Source: Antedon mediterranea
Lineage: Eukaryota > Animalia > Echinodermata
Direction: 5' to 3'
Assembly: GCF_964355755.1 (NCBI RefSeq)
Contig: NC_092680.1
Location: 15,199,045 to 15,263,044 of the forward strand
Length of the DNA stretch: 64,000 bases
Shown here: piece after piece, positions 1 to 12,700 of the stretch
Layout of the letters: the number at the start of each line of letters is the position of its first letter
Position numbering within the stretch: the stretch's first letter is position 1
Position numbers and translations under genes: made by a program
The notes under the pieces: generated by a model
Database searches by the model: none
Seen by the model: only the letters and a program-made list of their open reading frames with translations
Told to the model about the DNA's origin: nothing

Positions 1-71
1 AGCAGAGCGAGGTTTCGATCCTCGGACCTCTGGGTTATGGGCCCAGCACGCTTCCGCTGCGCCACTCTGCT
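1..71 (-). tRNA. tRNA-iMet-CAT: tRNA-iMet(CAT), first copy in window (discriminator base lies just outside the window)
   Basis: Consensus initiator tRNA body at 1-71. Confidence 0.93.
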
Positions 72-133
72 GGTTGAGTATTAGAAAGAGTTAAAGAGAA
101 ATAATTTATAGAAAATTCGAAATACGTGTGAAT

Positions 134-146
134 TAAAAACACAAAT
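134..146 (-). terminator. Pol III terminator (T5 run) just downstream of each tRNA; representative copy
   Basis: Minus strand after the tRNA 3' end reads ATTTGTGTTTTTAATT in almost every unit. Confidence 0.75.
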
Positions 147-737
147 TAGCAGAGCGAGGTTTCGATCCTCGGACCTCTGGGTTATTGGCCCAGCACGCTT
201 CCGCTGCGCCACTCTGCGGGTTGAGTAATCCAAAGAGTTAAAGAGAAATAATTTATGGAAAATTTGAAATACTTGTGAATTAAAAACACAAATTAGCAGA
301 GCGAGGTTTCGATCCTCGGACCTCTGGGTTATGGGCCCAGCACGCTTCCGCTGCGCCACTCTGCTGGATGAGTATTAAAAAGAGTTAAAGAGAAATAATT
401 TATGGAAAATTCGAAATACGTGTGAATTAAAAACACAAATTAACAGAGCGAGGTTTCGATCCTCGGACCTCTGGGTTATGGGACCAGCACGTTTCCGCTG
501 CGCCACTCTGCTGGTTGAGTATTAGAAAGAGTTAAAGAGAAATAATTATTTATTGAAAATTCGAAATACGTGTGAATTAAAAACACAAATTAGCAGAGCG
601 AGGTTTCGATCCTCGGACCTCTGGGTTATGGGCCCAGCACGCTTCCGCTGCGCCACTCTGCTGGTTGAGTATTAGAAAGAGTTAAAGAGAAATAATTTAT
701 GGAAAATTCGAAATACGTGTGAATTAAAAACACAAAT

Positions 738-771
738 TAGCAGAGCGAGGCTTCCGCTGCGCCACTCTGCT
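738..771 (-). pseudogene. Internally deleted tRNA-iMet copy (anticodon arm and much of T arm lost)
   Basis: agcagagcgagg is joined directly to cttccgctgcgccactctgct. Confidence 0.85.
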
Positions 772-3700
772 GGATGAGTATTAGAAAGAGTTAAAGAGAA
801 ATAATGTATTGAAAATTCGAAATACGTGTGAATTAAAAACACAAATTAGCAGAGCGAGGTTTCGATCCTCGGACCTCTGGGTTTTGGGCCCAGCACGCTT
901 TCGCTGCGCCACTCTGCTGGATGAGTATTAGAAAGAGTTAAAGAGAAATAATTTATGGAAAATTCGAAATATACGTGTGAATTAAAAGTAAAACTTAGCA
1001 GAGCGAGGTTTCGATCCTCGGACCTCTGGGTTATGGGCCCAGCACGCTTCCGCTGCGCCACTCTGCTGGATGAGTATAAGAAAGGGTTAAAGAGAAATAA
1101 TTTATGGAAAATTCGAAATATATGTGTGAATTAAAAGGAAAACTTAGCAGAGCGAGGTTTCGATCCTCGGACCTCTGGGTTATGGGCCCAGCACGCTTCC
1201 GCTGCGCCACTCTGCTGGTTGAGTATTCGAAAGAGTTAAAGAGAAATAATTTATGGAAAATTCGAAATATACGTGTGAATTAAAAACAAAACTTAGCAGA
1301 GCGAGGTTTCGATCCTCGATCGGACCTCTGGGTTATGGGCCCAGCACGCTTCCGCTGCGCCACTCTGCTGGATGATTAAAAGAAAGGGTTAAAGAGAAAT
1401 AATTTACGGAAAATTCGAAATATACGTGTGAATTAAAAGCAAAACTTAGCAGAGCGAGGTTTCGATCCTCGGACCTCTGGGTTATGGGCCCAGCACGCTT
1501 CCGCTGCGCCACTCTGCTGGTTAAGTATTCGAAAGAGTTAAAGAGAAATAATTCATGGAAAATGCGAAATACGTGTGAATTAAAAACACAAATTAGCAGA
1601 GCGAGGTTCCGATCCTCGGACCTCTGGGTTATTGGCCCAGCACGCTTCCGCTGCGCCACTCTGCTGGATGAGTATAAGAAAGAGTTAAAGAGAAATAATT
1701 TATGGAAAATTCGAAGTATGTGTGAATTATAAAAACAAATTAGCAGAGTGAGGTTTCGATCCTCGGACCTCTGGGTTATGGGCCCAGCACGCTTCCGCTG
1801 CGCCACTCTGCTGGTTGAGTATTAGAAAGAGTTAAAGAGAAATAATTTATGGAAAATTCGAAATACGTGTGAATTAAAAACACAAATTAGCAGAGCGAGG
1901 TTTCGATCCTCGGACCTCTGGGTCATGGGCCCAGCACGCTTCCGCTGCGCCACTCTGCTGGTTGAGTATTAGAAAGAGTTAAAGAGAAATAATTTATGGA
2001 AAATTCGAAATACGTGTGAATTAAAAACACAAATTAGCAGAGAGCGAGGTTTCGATCCTCGGACCTCTGGGTTATGGGCCCAGCACGCTTCCGCTGCGCC
2101 ACTCTGCTGGTTGAGTATTAGAAAGAGTTAAAGAGAAATAATTTATGGAAAATTCGAAATACGTGTGAATTAAAAACACAAATTAGCAGAGCGAGGTTTC
2201 GATCCTCGGACCTCTGGGTTATGGGCCCAGCACGCTTCCGCTGCGCCACTCTGCTGGATGAGTATTAGAAAGAGTTAAAGAGAAATAATTTATGGAAAAT
2301 TCGAAATACGTGTGAATTAAAAACACAAATTAGCAGAGAGCGAGATTTCGATCCTCGGACCTCTGGGTTATGGGCCCAGCACGCTTCCGCTGCGTCACTC
2401 TGCTGGTTGAGTATTATAAGTAAGAGTTAAAGGGAAATAATTTATGGAAAATTCGAAATACGTGTGAATTAAAAACACGTGAATTAAAAACACAAATTAG
2501 CAGAGCGAGGTTTCGATCCTCGGACCTCTGGGTTATGGGTCCAGCACGCTTCCGCTGCGCCACTCTGCTGGTTGAGTATTAGAAAGAGTTAAAGAGAAAT
2601 AATTTATGGAAAATTCGAAATACGTGTGAATTAAAAACACAAATTAGCAGAGCGAGGTTTCGATCCTCGGACCTCTGGGTTATGGGCCTAGCACGCTTCC
2701 GCTGCGCCACTCTGCTGGATGAGTATTAGAAAGAGTTAAAGAGAAATAATTTATGGAAAATGCGAAATACGTGTTAATTAAAAACAAAAATTAGCAGAGC
2801 GAGGTTTCGATCCTCGGACCTCTGGGTTATGGGCCCAGCACGCTTCCGCTGCGCCACTCTGCTGGATGAGTATTAGAAAGGGTTAAAGAGAAATAATTCA
2901 TGGAAAATGCGAAATACGTGTGAATTAAAAACACAAATTAGCAGAGAGGGAGGTTTCGATCCTCGGACCTCTGGGTTATGGGCCCAGCACGCTTCCGCTG
3001 CGCCACTCTGCTGGTTGAGTATTTTAGAAAGAGTTAAAGAGAAATAATTTATGGAAAATTCGAAATACGTGTGAATTAAAAACACAAATTAGCAGAGAGC
3101 GAGGTTTCGATCCTCGGACCTCTAGGTTATGGGCCCAGCACGCTTCTGCTGCGCCACTCTGCTGGTTGAGTATTTTAGAAAGAGTTAAAGAGAAATAATT
3201 TATGGAATATTCGAAATACGTGTGAATTAAAAACACAAATTAGCAGAGCGAGGTTTCGATCCTCGGACCTCTGGGTTATGGGCCCAGCACGCTTCCGCTG
3301 CGCCACTCTGCTGGATGAGTATAAGAAAGAGTTAAAGAGAAATAATTTATGGAAAATTCGAAGTATGTGTGAATTATAAACACAAATTAGCAGAGCGAGG
3401 TTTCGATCCTCGGACCTCTGGGTTATGGGCCCAGCACGCTTCTGCTGCGCCACTCTGCTGGTTGAGTATTAGAAAGAGTTAAAGAGAAATAATTTATGGA
3501 AAATTCGAAATACGTGTGAATTAAAAACACAAATTAGCAGAGCGAGGTTTCGATCCTCGGACCTCTGGGTCATGGGCCCAGCACGCTTCCGCTGCGCCAC
3601 TCTGCTGGTTGAGTATTAGAAAGAGTTAAAGAGAAATAATTTATGGAAAATTCGAAATACGTGTGAATTAAAAACACAAATTAGCAGAGAGCGAGGTTTC

Positions 3701-6700
3701 GATCCTCGGACCTCTGGGTTATGGGCCCAGCACGCTTCCGCTGCGCCACTCTGCTGGTTGAGTATTAGAAAGAGTTAAAGAGAAATAATTTATGGAAAAT
3801 TCGAAATACGTGTGAATTAAAAACACAAATTAGCAGAGCGAGGTTTCGATCCTCGGACCTCTGGGTTATGGGCCCAGCACGCTTCCGCTGCGCCACTCTG
3901 CTGGATGAGTATTAGAAAGAGTTAAAGAGAAATAATTTATGGAAAATTCGAAATACGTGTGAATTAAAAACACAAATTAGCAGAGAGCGAGGTTTCGATC
4001 CTCGGACCTCTGGGTTATGGGCCCAGCACGCTTCCGCTGCGTCACTCTGCTGGTTGAGTATTATAAGAAAGAGTTAAAGAGAAATAATTTATGGAAAATT
4101 CGAAATACGTGTGAATTAAAAACACGTGAATTAAAAACACAAATTAGCAGAGCGAGGTTTCGATCCTCGGACCTCTGGGTTATTGGCCCAGCACGCTTCC
4201 GCTGCGCCACTCTGCTGGATGAGTATAAGAAAGAGTTAAAGAGAAATAATTTATGGAAAATTCGAAGTATGTGTGAATTATAAACACAAATTAGCAGAGC
4301 GAGGTTTCGATCCTCGGACCTCTGGGTTATGGGCCCAGCACGCTTCCGCTGCGCCACTCTGCTGGTTGAGTATTAGAAAGAGTTAAAGAGAAATAATTTA
4401 TGGAAAATTCGAAATACGTGTGAATTAAAAACATAAATTAGCAGAGCGAGGTTTCGATCCTCGGACCTCTGGGTCATGGGCCCAGCACGCTTCCGCTGCG
4501 CCACTCTGCTGGTTGAGTATTAGAAAGAGTTAAAGAGAAATAATTTATGGAAAATTCGAAATACGTGTGAATTAAAAACACAAATTAGCAGAGAGCGAGG
4601 TTTCGATCCTCGGACCTCTGGGTTATGGGCCCAGCACGCTTCCGCTGCGCCACTCTGCTGGATGAGTATTAGAAAGAGTTAAAGAGAAATAATTTATGGA
4701 AAATTCGAAATACGTGTGAATTAAAAACACAAATTAGCAGAGAGCGAGGTTTCGATCCTCGGACCTCTGGGTTATGGGCCCAGCACACTTCCGCTGCGTC
4801 ACTCTGCTGGTTGAGTATTATAAGTAAGAGTTAAAGGGAAATAATTTATGGAAAATTCGAAATACGTGTGAATTAAAAACACGTGAATTAAAAACACAAA
4901 TTAGCAGAGCGAGGTTTCGATCCTCGGACCTCTGGGTTATGGGTCCAGCACGCTTCCGCTGCGCCACTCTGCTGGTTGAGTATTAGAAAGAGTTAAAGAG
5001 AAATAATTTATGGAAAATTCGAAATACGTGTGAATTAAAAACACAAATTAGCAGAGCGAGGTTTCGATCCTCGGACCTCTGGGTTATGGGCCTAGCACGC
5101 TTCCGCTGCGCCACTCTGCTGGATGAGTATTAGAAAGAGTTAAAGAGAAATAATTTATGGAAAATGCGAAATACGTGTTAATTAAAAACAAAAATTAGCA
5201 GAGCGAGGTTTCGATCCTCGGACCTCTGGGTTATGGGCCCAGCACGCTTCCGCTGCGCCACTCTGCTGGATGAGTATTAGAAAGGGTTAAAGAGAAATAA
5301 TTCATGGAAAATGCGAAATACGTGTGAATTAAAAACACAAATTAGCAGAGAGGGAGGTTTTGATCCTCGGACCTCTGGGTTATGGGCCCAGCACGCTTCC
5401 GCTGCGCCACTCTGCTGGTTGAGTATTTTAGAAAGAGTTAAAGAGAAATAATTTATGGAAAATTCGAAATACGTGTGAATTAAAAACACAAATTAGCAGA
5501 GAGCGAGGTTTCGATCCTCGGACCTCTAGGTTATGGGCCCAGCACGCTTCTGCTGCGCCACTCTGCTGGTTGAGTATTTTAGAAAGAGTTAAAGAGAAAT
5601 AATTTATGGAAAATTCGAAATACGTGTGAATTAAAAACACAAATTAGCAGAGCGAGGTTTCGATCCTCGGACCTCTGGGTTATGGGCCCAGCACGCTTCC
5701 GCTGCGCAACTCTGCTGGATGAGTATAAGAAAGAGTTAAAGAGAAATAATTTATGGAAAATTCGAAGTATGTGTGAATTATAAACACAAATTAGCAGAGC
5801 GAGGTTTCGATCCTCGGACCTCTGGGTTATGGGCCCAGCACGCTTCTGCTGCGCCACTCTGCTGGTTGAGTATTAGAAAGAGTTAAAGAGAAATAATTTA
5901 TGGAAAATTCGAAATACGTGTGAATTAAAAACACAAATTAGCAGAGCGAGGTTTCGATCCTCGGACCTCTGGGTCATGGGCCCAGCACGCTTCCGCTGCG
6001 CCACTCTGCTGGTTGAGTATTAGAAAGAGTTAAAGAGAAATAATTTATGGAAAATTCGAAATACGTGTGAATTAAAAACACAAATTAGCAGAGAGCGAGG
6101 TTTCGATCCTCGGACCTCTGGGTTATGGGCCCAGCACGCTTCCGCTGCGCCACTCTGCTGGTTGAGTATTAGAAAGAGTTAAAGAGAAATAATTTATGGA
6201 AAATTCGAAATACGTGTGAATTAAAAACACAAATTAGCAGAGCGAGGTTTCGATCCTCGGACCTCTGGGTTATGGGCCCAGCACGCTTCCGCTGCGCCAC
6301 TCTGCTGGATGAGTATTAGAAAGAGTTAAAGAGAAATAATTTATGGAAAATTCGAAATACGTATGAATTAAAAACACAAATTAGCAGAGAGCGAGGTTTC
6401 GATCCTCGGACCTCTGGGTTATGGGCCCAGCACGCTTCCGCTGCGTCACTCTGCTGGTTGAGTATTATAAGAAAGAGTTAAAGAGAAATAATTTATGGAA
6501 AATTCGAAATACGTGTGAATTAAAAACACGTGAATTAAAAACACAAATTAGCAGAGCGAGGTTTCGATCCTCGGACCTCTGGGTTATTGGCCCAGCACGC
6601 TTCCGCTGCGCCACTCTGCTGGATGAGTATAAGAAAGAGTTAAAGAGAAATAATTTATGGAAAATTCGAAGTATGTTTGAATTATAAACACAAATTAGCA

Positions 6701-9700
6701 GAGCGAGGTTTCGATCCTCGGACCTCTGGGTCATGGGCCCAGCACGCTTCCGCTGCGCCACTCTGCTGGTTGAGTATTAGAAAGAGTTAAAGAGAAATAA
6801 TTTATGGAAAATTCGAAATACGTGTGAATTAAAAACACAAATTAGCAGAGCGAGGTTTCGATCCTCGGACCTCTGGGTCATGGGCCCAGCACGCTTCCGC
6901 TGCGCCACTCTGCATGCTGGTTGAGTATTAGAAAGAGTTAAAGAGAAATAATTTATGGAAAATTCGAAATACGTGTGAATTAAAAACACAAATTAGCAGA
7001 GAGCGAGGTTTCGATCCTCGGACCTCTGGGTTATGGGCCCAGCACGCTTACGCTGCGCCACTCTGCTGGATGAGTATTAGAAAGAGTTAAAGAGAAATAA
7101 TTTATGGAAAATTCGAAATACGTGTGAATTAAAAACACAAATTAGCAGAGAGCGAGGTTTCGATCCTCGGACCTCTGGGTTATGGGCCCAGCACGCTTCC
7201 GCTGCGTCACTCTGCTGGTTGAGTATTATAAGTAAGAGTTAAAGGGAAATAATTTATGGAAAATTCGAAATACGTGTGAATTAAAAACACGTGAATTAAA
7301 AACACAAATTAGCAGAGCGAGGTTTCGATCCTCGGACCTCTGGGTTATGGGTCCAGCACGCTTCCGCTGCGCCACTCTGCTGGTTGAGTATTAGAAAGAG
7401 TTAAAGAGAAATAATTCATGGAAAATTCGAAATACGTGTGAATTAAAAACACAAATTAGCAGAGCGAGGTTTCGATCCTCGGACCTCTGGGTTATGGGCC
7501 TAGCACGCTTCCGCTGCGCCACTCTGCTGGATGAGTATTAGAAAGAGTTAAAGAGAAATAATTTATGGAAAATGCGAAATACGTGTTAATTAAAAACAAA
7601 AATTAGCAGAGCGAGGTTTCGATCCTCGGACCTCTGGGTTATGGGCCCAGCACGCTTCCGCTGCGCCACTCTGCTGGATGAGTATTAGAAAGGGTTAAAG
7701 AAAAATAATTCATGGAAAATGCGAAATACGTGTGAATTAAAAACACAAATTAGCAGAGAGGGAGGTTTCGATCCTCGGACCTCTGGGTTATGGGCCCAGC
7801 ACGCTTCCGCTGCGCCACTCTGCTGGTTGAGTATTTTAGAAAGAGTTAAAGAGAAATAATTTATGGAAAATTCGAAATACGTGTGAATTAAAAACACAAA
7901 TTAGCAGAGAGCGAGGTTTCGATCCTCGGACCTCTAGGTTATGGGCCCAGCACGCTTCTGCTGCGCCACTCTGCTGGTTGAGTATTATAAGTAAGAGTTA
8001 AAGGGAAATAATTTATGGAAAATTCGAAATACGTGTGAATTAAAAACACGTGAATTAAAAACACAAATTAGCAGAGCGAGGTTTCGATCCTCGGACCTCT
8101 GGGTTATGGGTCCAGCACGCTTCCGCTGCGCCACTCTGCTGGTTGAGTATTAGAAAGAGTTAAAGAGAAATAATTCATGGAAAATTCGAAATACGTGTGA
8201 ATTAAAAACACAAATTAGCAGAGCGAGGTTTCGATCCTCGGACCTCTGGGTTATGGGCCTAGCACGCTTCCGCTGCGCCACTCTGCTGGATGAGTATTAG
8301 AAAGAGTTAAAGAGAAATAATTTATGGAAAATGCGAAATACGTGTTAATTAAAAACAAAAATTAGCAGAGCGAGGTTTCGATCCTCGGACCTCTGGGTTA
8401 TGGGCCCAGCACGCTTCCGCTGCGCCACTCTGCTGGATGAGTATTAGAAAGGGTTAAAGAAAAATAATTCATGGAAAATGCAAAATACGTGTGAATTAAA
8501 AACACAAATTAGCAGAGAGGGAGGTTTCGATCCTCGGACCTCTGGGTTATGGGCCCAGCACGCTTCCGCTGCGCCACTCTGCTGGTTGAGTATTTTAGAA
8601 AGAGTTAAAGAGAAATAATTTATGGAAAATTCGAAATACGTGTGAATTAAAAACACAAATTAGCAGAGAGCGAGGTTTCGATCCTCGGACCTCTAGGTTA
8701 TGGGCCCAGCACGCTTCTGCTGCGCCACTCTGCTGGTTGAGTATTTTAGAAAGAGTTAAAGAGAAATAATTTATGGAAAATTCGAAATACGTGTGAATTA
8801 AAAACACAAATTAGCAGAGCGAGGTTTCGATCCTCGGACCTCTGGGTTATGGGCCCAGCACGCTTCCGCTGCGCCACTCTGCTGGATGAGTATAAGAAAG
8901 AGTTAAAGAGAAATAATTTATGGAAAATTCGAAGTATGTGTGAATTATAAACACAAATTAGCAGAGCGAGGTTTCGATCCTCGGACCTCTGGGTTATGGG
9001 CCCAGCACGCTTCCGCTGCGCCACTCTGCTGGTTGAGTATTAGAAAGAGTTAAAGAGAAATAGTTTTATGGAAAATTCGAAATACGTGTGAATTAAAAAC
9101 ACAAATTAGCAGAGCGAGGTTTCGATCCTCGGACCTCTGGGTGATGAGCCCAGCACGCTTCCGCTGCGCCACTCTGCTGGTTGAGTATTAGAAAGAGTTA
9201 AAGAGAAATAATTTATGGAAAATTCGAAATACGTGTGAATTAAAACCACAAATTAGCAGAGAGCGAGGTTTCGATCCTCGGACCTCTGGGTTATGGGCCC
9301 AGCACGCTTCCGCTGCGCCACTCTGCTGGATGAGTATTAGAAAGAGTTAAAGAGAAATAATTTATGGAAAATTCGAAATACGTGTGAATTAAAAACACAA
9401 ATTAGCAGAGAGCGAGGTTTCGATCCTCGGACCTCTGGGTTATGGGCCCAGCACGCTTCCGCTGCGTCACTCTGCTGGTTGAGTATTATAAGTAAGAGTT
9501 AAAGGGAAATAATTTATGGAAAATTCGAAATACGTGTGAATTAAAAACACGTGAATTAAAAACACAAATTAGCAGAGCGAGGTTTCGATCCTCGGACCTC
9601 TGGGTTATGGGTCCAGCACGCTTCCGCTGCGCCACTCTGCTGGTTGAGTATTAGAAAGAGTTAAAGAGAAATAATTTATGGAAAATTCGAAATACGTGTG

Positions 9701-12700
9701 AATTAAAAACACAAATTAGCAGAGCGAGGTTTCGATCCTCGGACCTCTGGGTTATGGGCCTAGCACGCTTCCGCTGCGCCACTCTGCTGGATGAGTATTA
9801 GAAAGAGTTAAAGAGAAATAATTTATGGAAAATGCGAAATACGTGTTAATTAAAAACAAAAATTAGCAGAGCGAGGTTTCGATCCTCGGACCTCTGGGTT
9901 ATGGGCCCAGCACGCTTCCGCTGCGCCACTCTGCTGGATGAGTATTAGAAAGGGTTAAAGAGAAATAATTCATGGAAAATGCGAAATACGTGTGAATTAA
10001 AAACACAAATTAGCAGAGAGGGAGGTTTCGATCCTCGGACCTCTGGGTTATGGGCCCAGCACGCTTCCGCTGCGCCACTCTGCTGGTTGAGTATTTTAGA
10101 AAGAGTTAAAGAGAAATAATTTATGGAAAATTCGAAATACGTGTGAATTAAAAACACAAATTAGCAGAGAGCGAGGTTTCGATCCTCGGACCTCTAGGTT
10201 ATGGGCCCAGCACGCTTCTGCTGCGCGACTCTGCTGGTTGAGTATTTTAGAAGGAGTTAAAGAGAAATAATTTATGGAAAATTCGAAATACGTGTGAATT
10301 AAAAACACAAATTAGCAGAGCGAGGTTTCGATCTTCGGACCTCTGGGTTATGGGCCCAGCACGCTTCCGCTGCGCCACTCTGCTGGATGAGTATAAGAAA
10401 GAGTTAAAGAGAAATAATTTATGGAAAATTCGAAGTATGTGTGAATTATAAACACAAATTAGCAGAGCGAGGTTTCGATCCTCGGACCTCTGGGTTATGG
10501 GCCCAGCACGCTTCCGCTGCGCCACTCTGCTGGTTGAGTATTAGAAAGAGTTAAAGAGAAATAATTTATGGAAAATTCGAAATACGTGTGAATTAAAAAC
10601 ACAAATTAGCAGAGCGAGGTTTCGATCCTCGGACCTCTGGGTCATGGGCCCAGCACGCTTCCGCTGCGCCACTCTGCTGGTTGAGTATTAGAAAGAGTTA
10701 AAGAGAAATAATTTATGGAAAATTCGAAATACGTGTGAATTAAAAACACAAATTAGCAGAGAGCGAGGTTTCGATCCTCGGACCTCTGGGTTATGGGCCC
10801 AGCACGCTTCCGCTGCGCCACTCTGCTGGTTGAGTATTAGAAAGAGTTAAAGAGAAATAATTTATGGAAAATTCGAAATACGTGTGAATTAAAAACACAA
10901 ATTAGCAGAGCGAGGTTTCGATCCTCGGACCTCTGGGTTATGGGCCCAGCACGCTTCCGCTGCGCCACTCTGCTGGATGAGTATTAGAAAGAGTTAAAGA
11001 GAAATAATTTATGGAAAATTCGAAATACGTGTGAATTAAAAACACAAATTAGCAGAGAGCCAGGTTTCGATCCTCGGACCTCTGGGTTATGGGCCCAGCA
11101 CGCTTCCGCTGCGTCACTCTGCTGGTTGAGTATTATAAGAAAGAGTTAAAGAGAAATAATTTATGGAAAATTCGAAATACGTGTGAATTAAAAACACGTG
11201 AATTAAAAACACAAATTAGCAGAGCGAGGTTTCGATCCTCGGACCTCTGGGTTATTGGCCCAGCACGCTTCCGCTGCGCCACTCTGCTGGATGAGTATAA
11301 GAAAGAGTTAAAGAGAAATAATTTATGGAAAATTCGAAGTATGTGTGAATTATAAACACAAATTAGCAGAGCGAGGTTTCGATCCTCGGACCTCTGGGTT
11401 ATGGGCCCAGCACGCTTCCGCTGCGCCACTCTGCTGGTTGAGTATTAGAAAGAGTTAAAGAGAAATAATTTATGGAAAATTCAAAATACGTGTGAATTAA
11501 AAACACAAATTAGCAGAGCGAGGTTTCGATCCTCGGACCTCTGGGTCATGGGCCCAGCACGCTTCCGCTGCGCCACTCTGCTGGTTGAGTATTAGAAAGA
11601 GTTAAAGAGAAATAATTTATTGAAAATTCGAAATACGTGTGAATTAAAAACACAAATTAGCAGAGCGAGGTTTCGATCCTCGGACCTCTGGGTTATGGGC
11701 CCAGCACGCTTCCGCTGCGCCACTCTGCTGGTTGAGTATTAGAAAGAGTTAAAGAGAAATAATTTATGGAAAATTCGAAATACGTGTGAATTAAAAACAC
11801 AAATTAGCAGAGCGAGGTTTCGATCCTCGGACCTCTGGGTTATGGGCCCAGCACGCTTCCGCTGCGCCACTCTGCTGGTTGAGTATTTTAGAAAGAGTTA
11901 AAGAGAAATAATTTATGGAAAATTCGAAATACGTGTGAATTAAAAACACAAATTAGCAGAGAGCGAGGTTTCGATCCTCGGACCTCTAGGTTATGGGCCC
12001 AGCACGCTTCTGCTGCGCGACTCTGCTGGTTGAGTATTTTAGAAGGAGTTAAAGAGAAATAATTTATGGAAAATTCGAAATACGTGTGAATTAAAAACAC
12101 AAGTTAGCAGAGCGAGGTTTCGATTCTCGGACCTCTGGGTTATGGGCCCAGCACGCTTCCGCTGCGCCACTCTGCTGGATGAGTATAAGAAAGAGTTAAA
12201 GAGAAATAATTTATGGAAAATTCGAAGTATGTGTGAATTATAAACACAAATTAGCAGAGCGAGGTTTCGATCCTCGGACCTCTGGGTTATGGGCCCAGCA
12301 CGCTTCCGCTGCGCCACTCTGCTGGTTGAGTATTAGAAAGAGTTAAAGAGAAATAATTTATGGAAAATTCGAAATACGTGTGAATTAAAAACACAAATTA
12401 GCAGAGCGAGGTTTCGATCCTCGGACCTCTGGGTCATGGGCCCAGCACGCTTCCGCTGCGCCACTCTGCTGGTTGAGTATTAGAAAGAGTTAAAGAGAAA
12501 TAATTTATGGAAAATTCGAAATACGTGTGAATTAAAAACACAAATTAGCAGAGAGCGAGGTATCGATCCTCGGACCTCTGGGTTATGGGCCCAGCACGCT
12601 TCCGCTGCGCCACTCTGCTGGTTGAGTATTAGAAAGAGTTAAAGAGAAATAATTTATGGAAAATTCGAAATACGTGTGAATTAAAAACACAAATTAGCAG

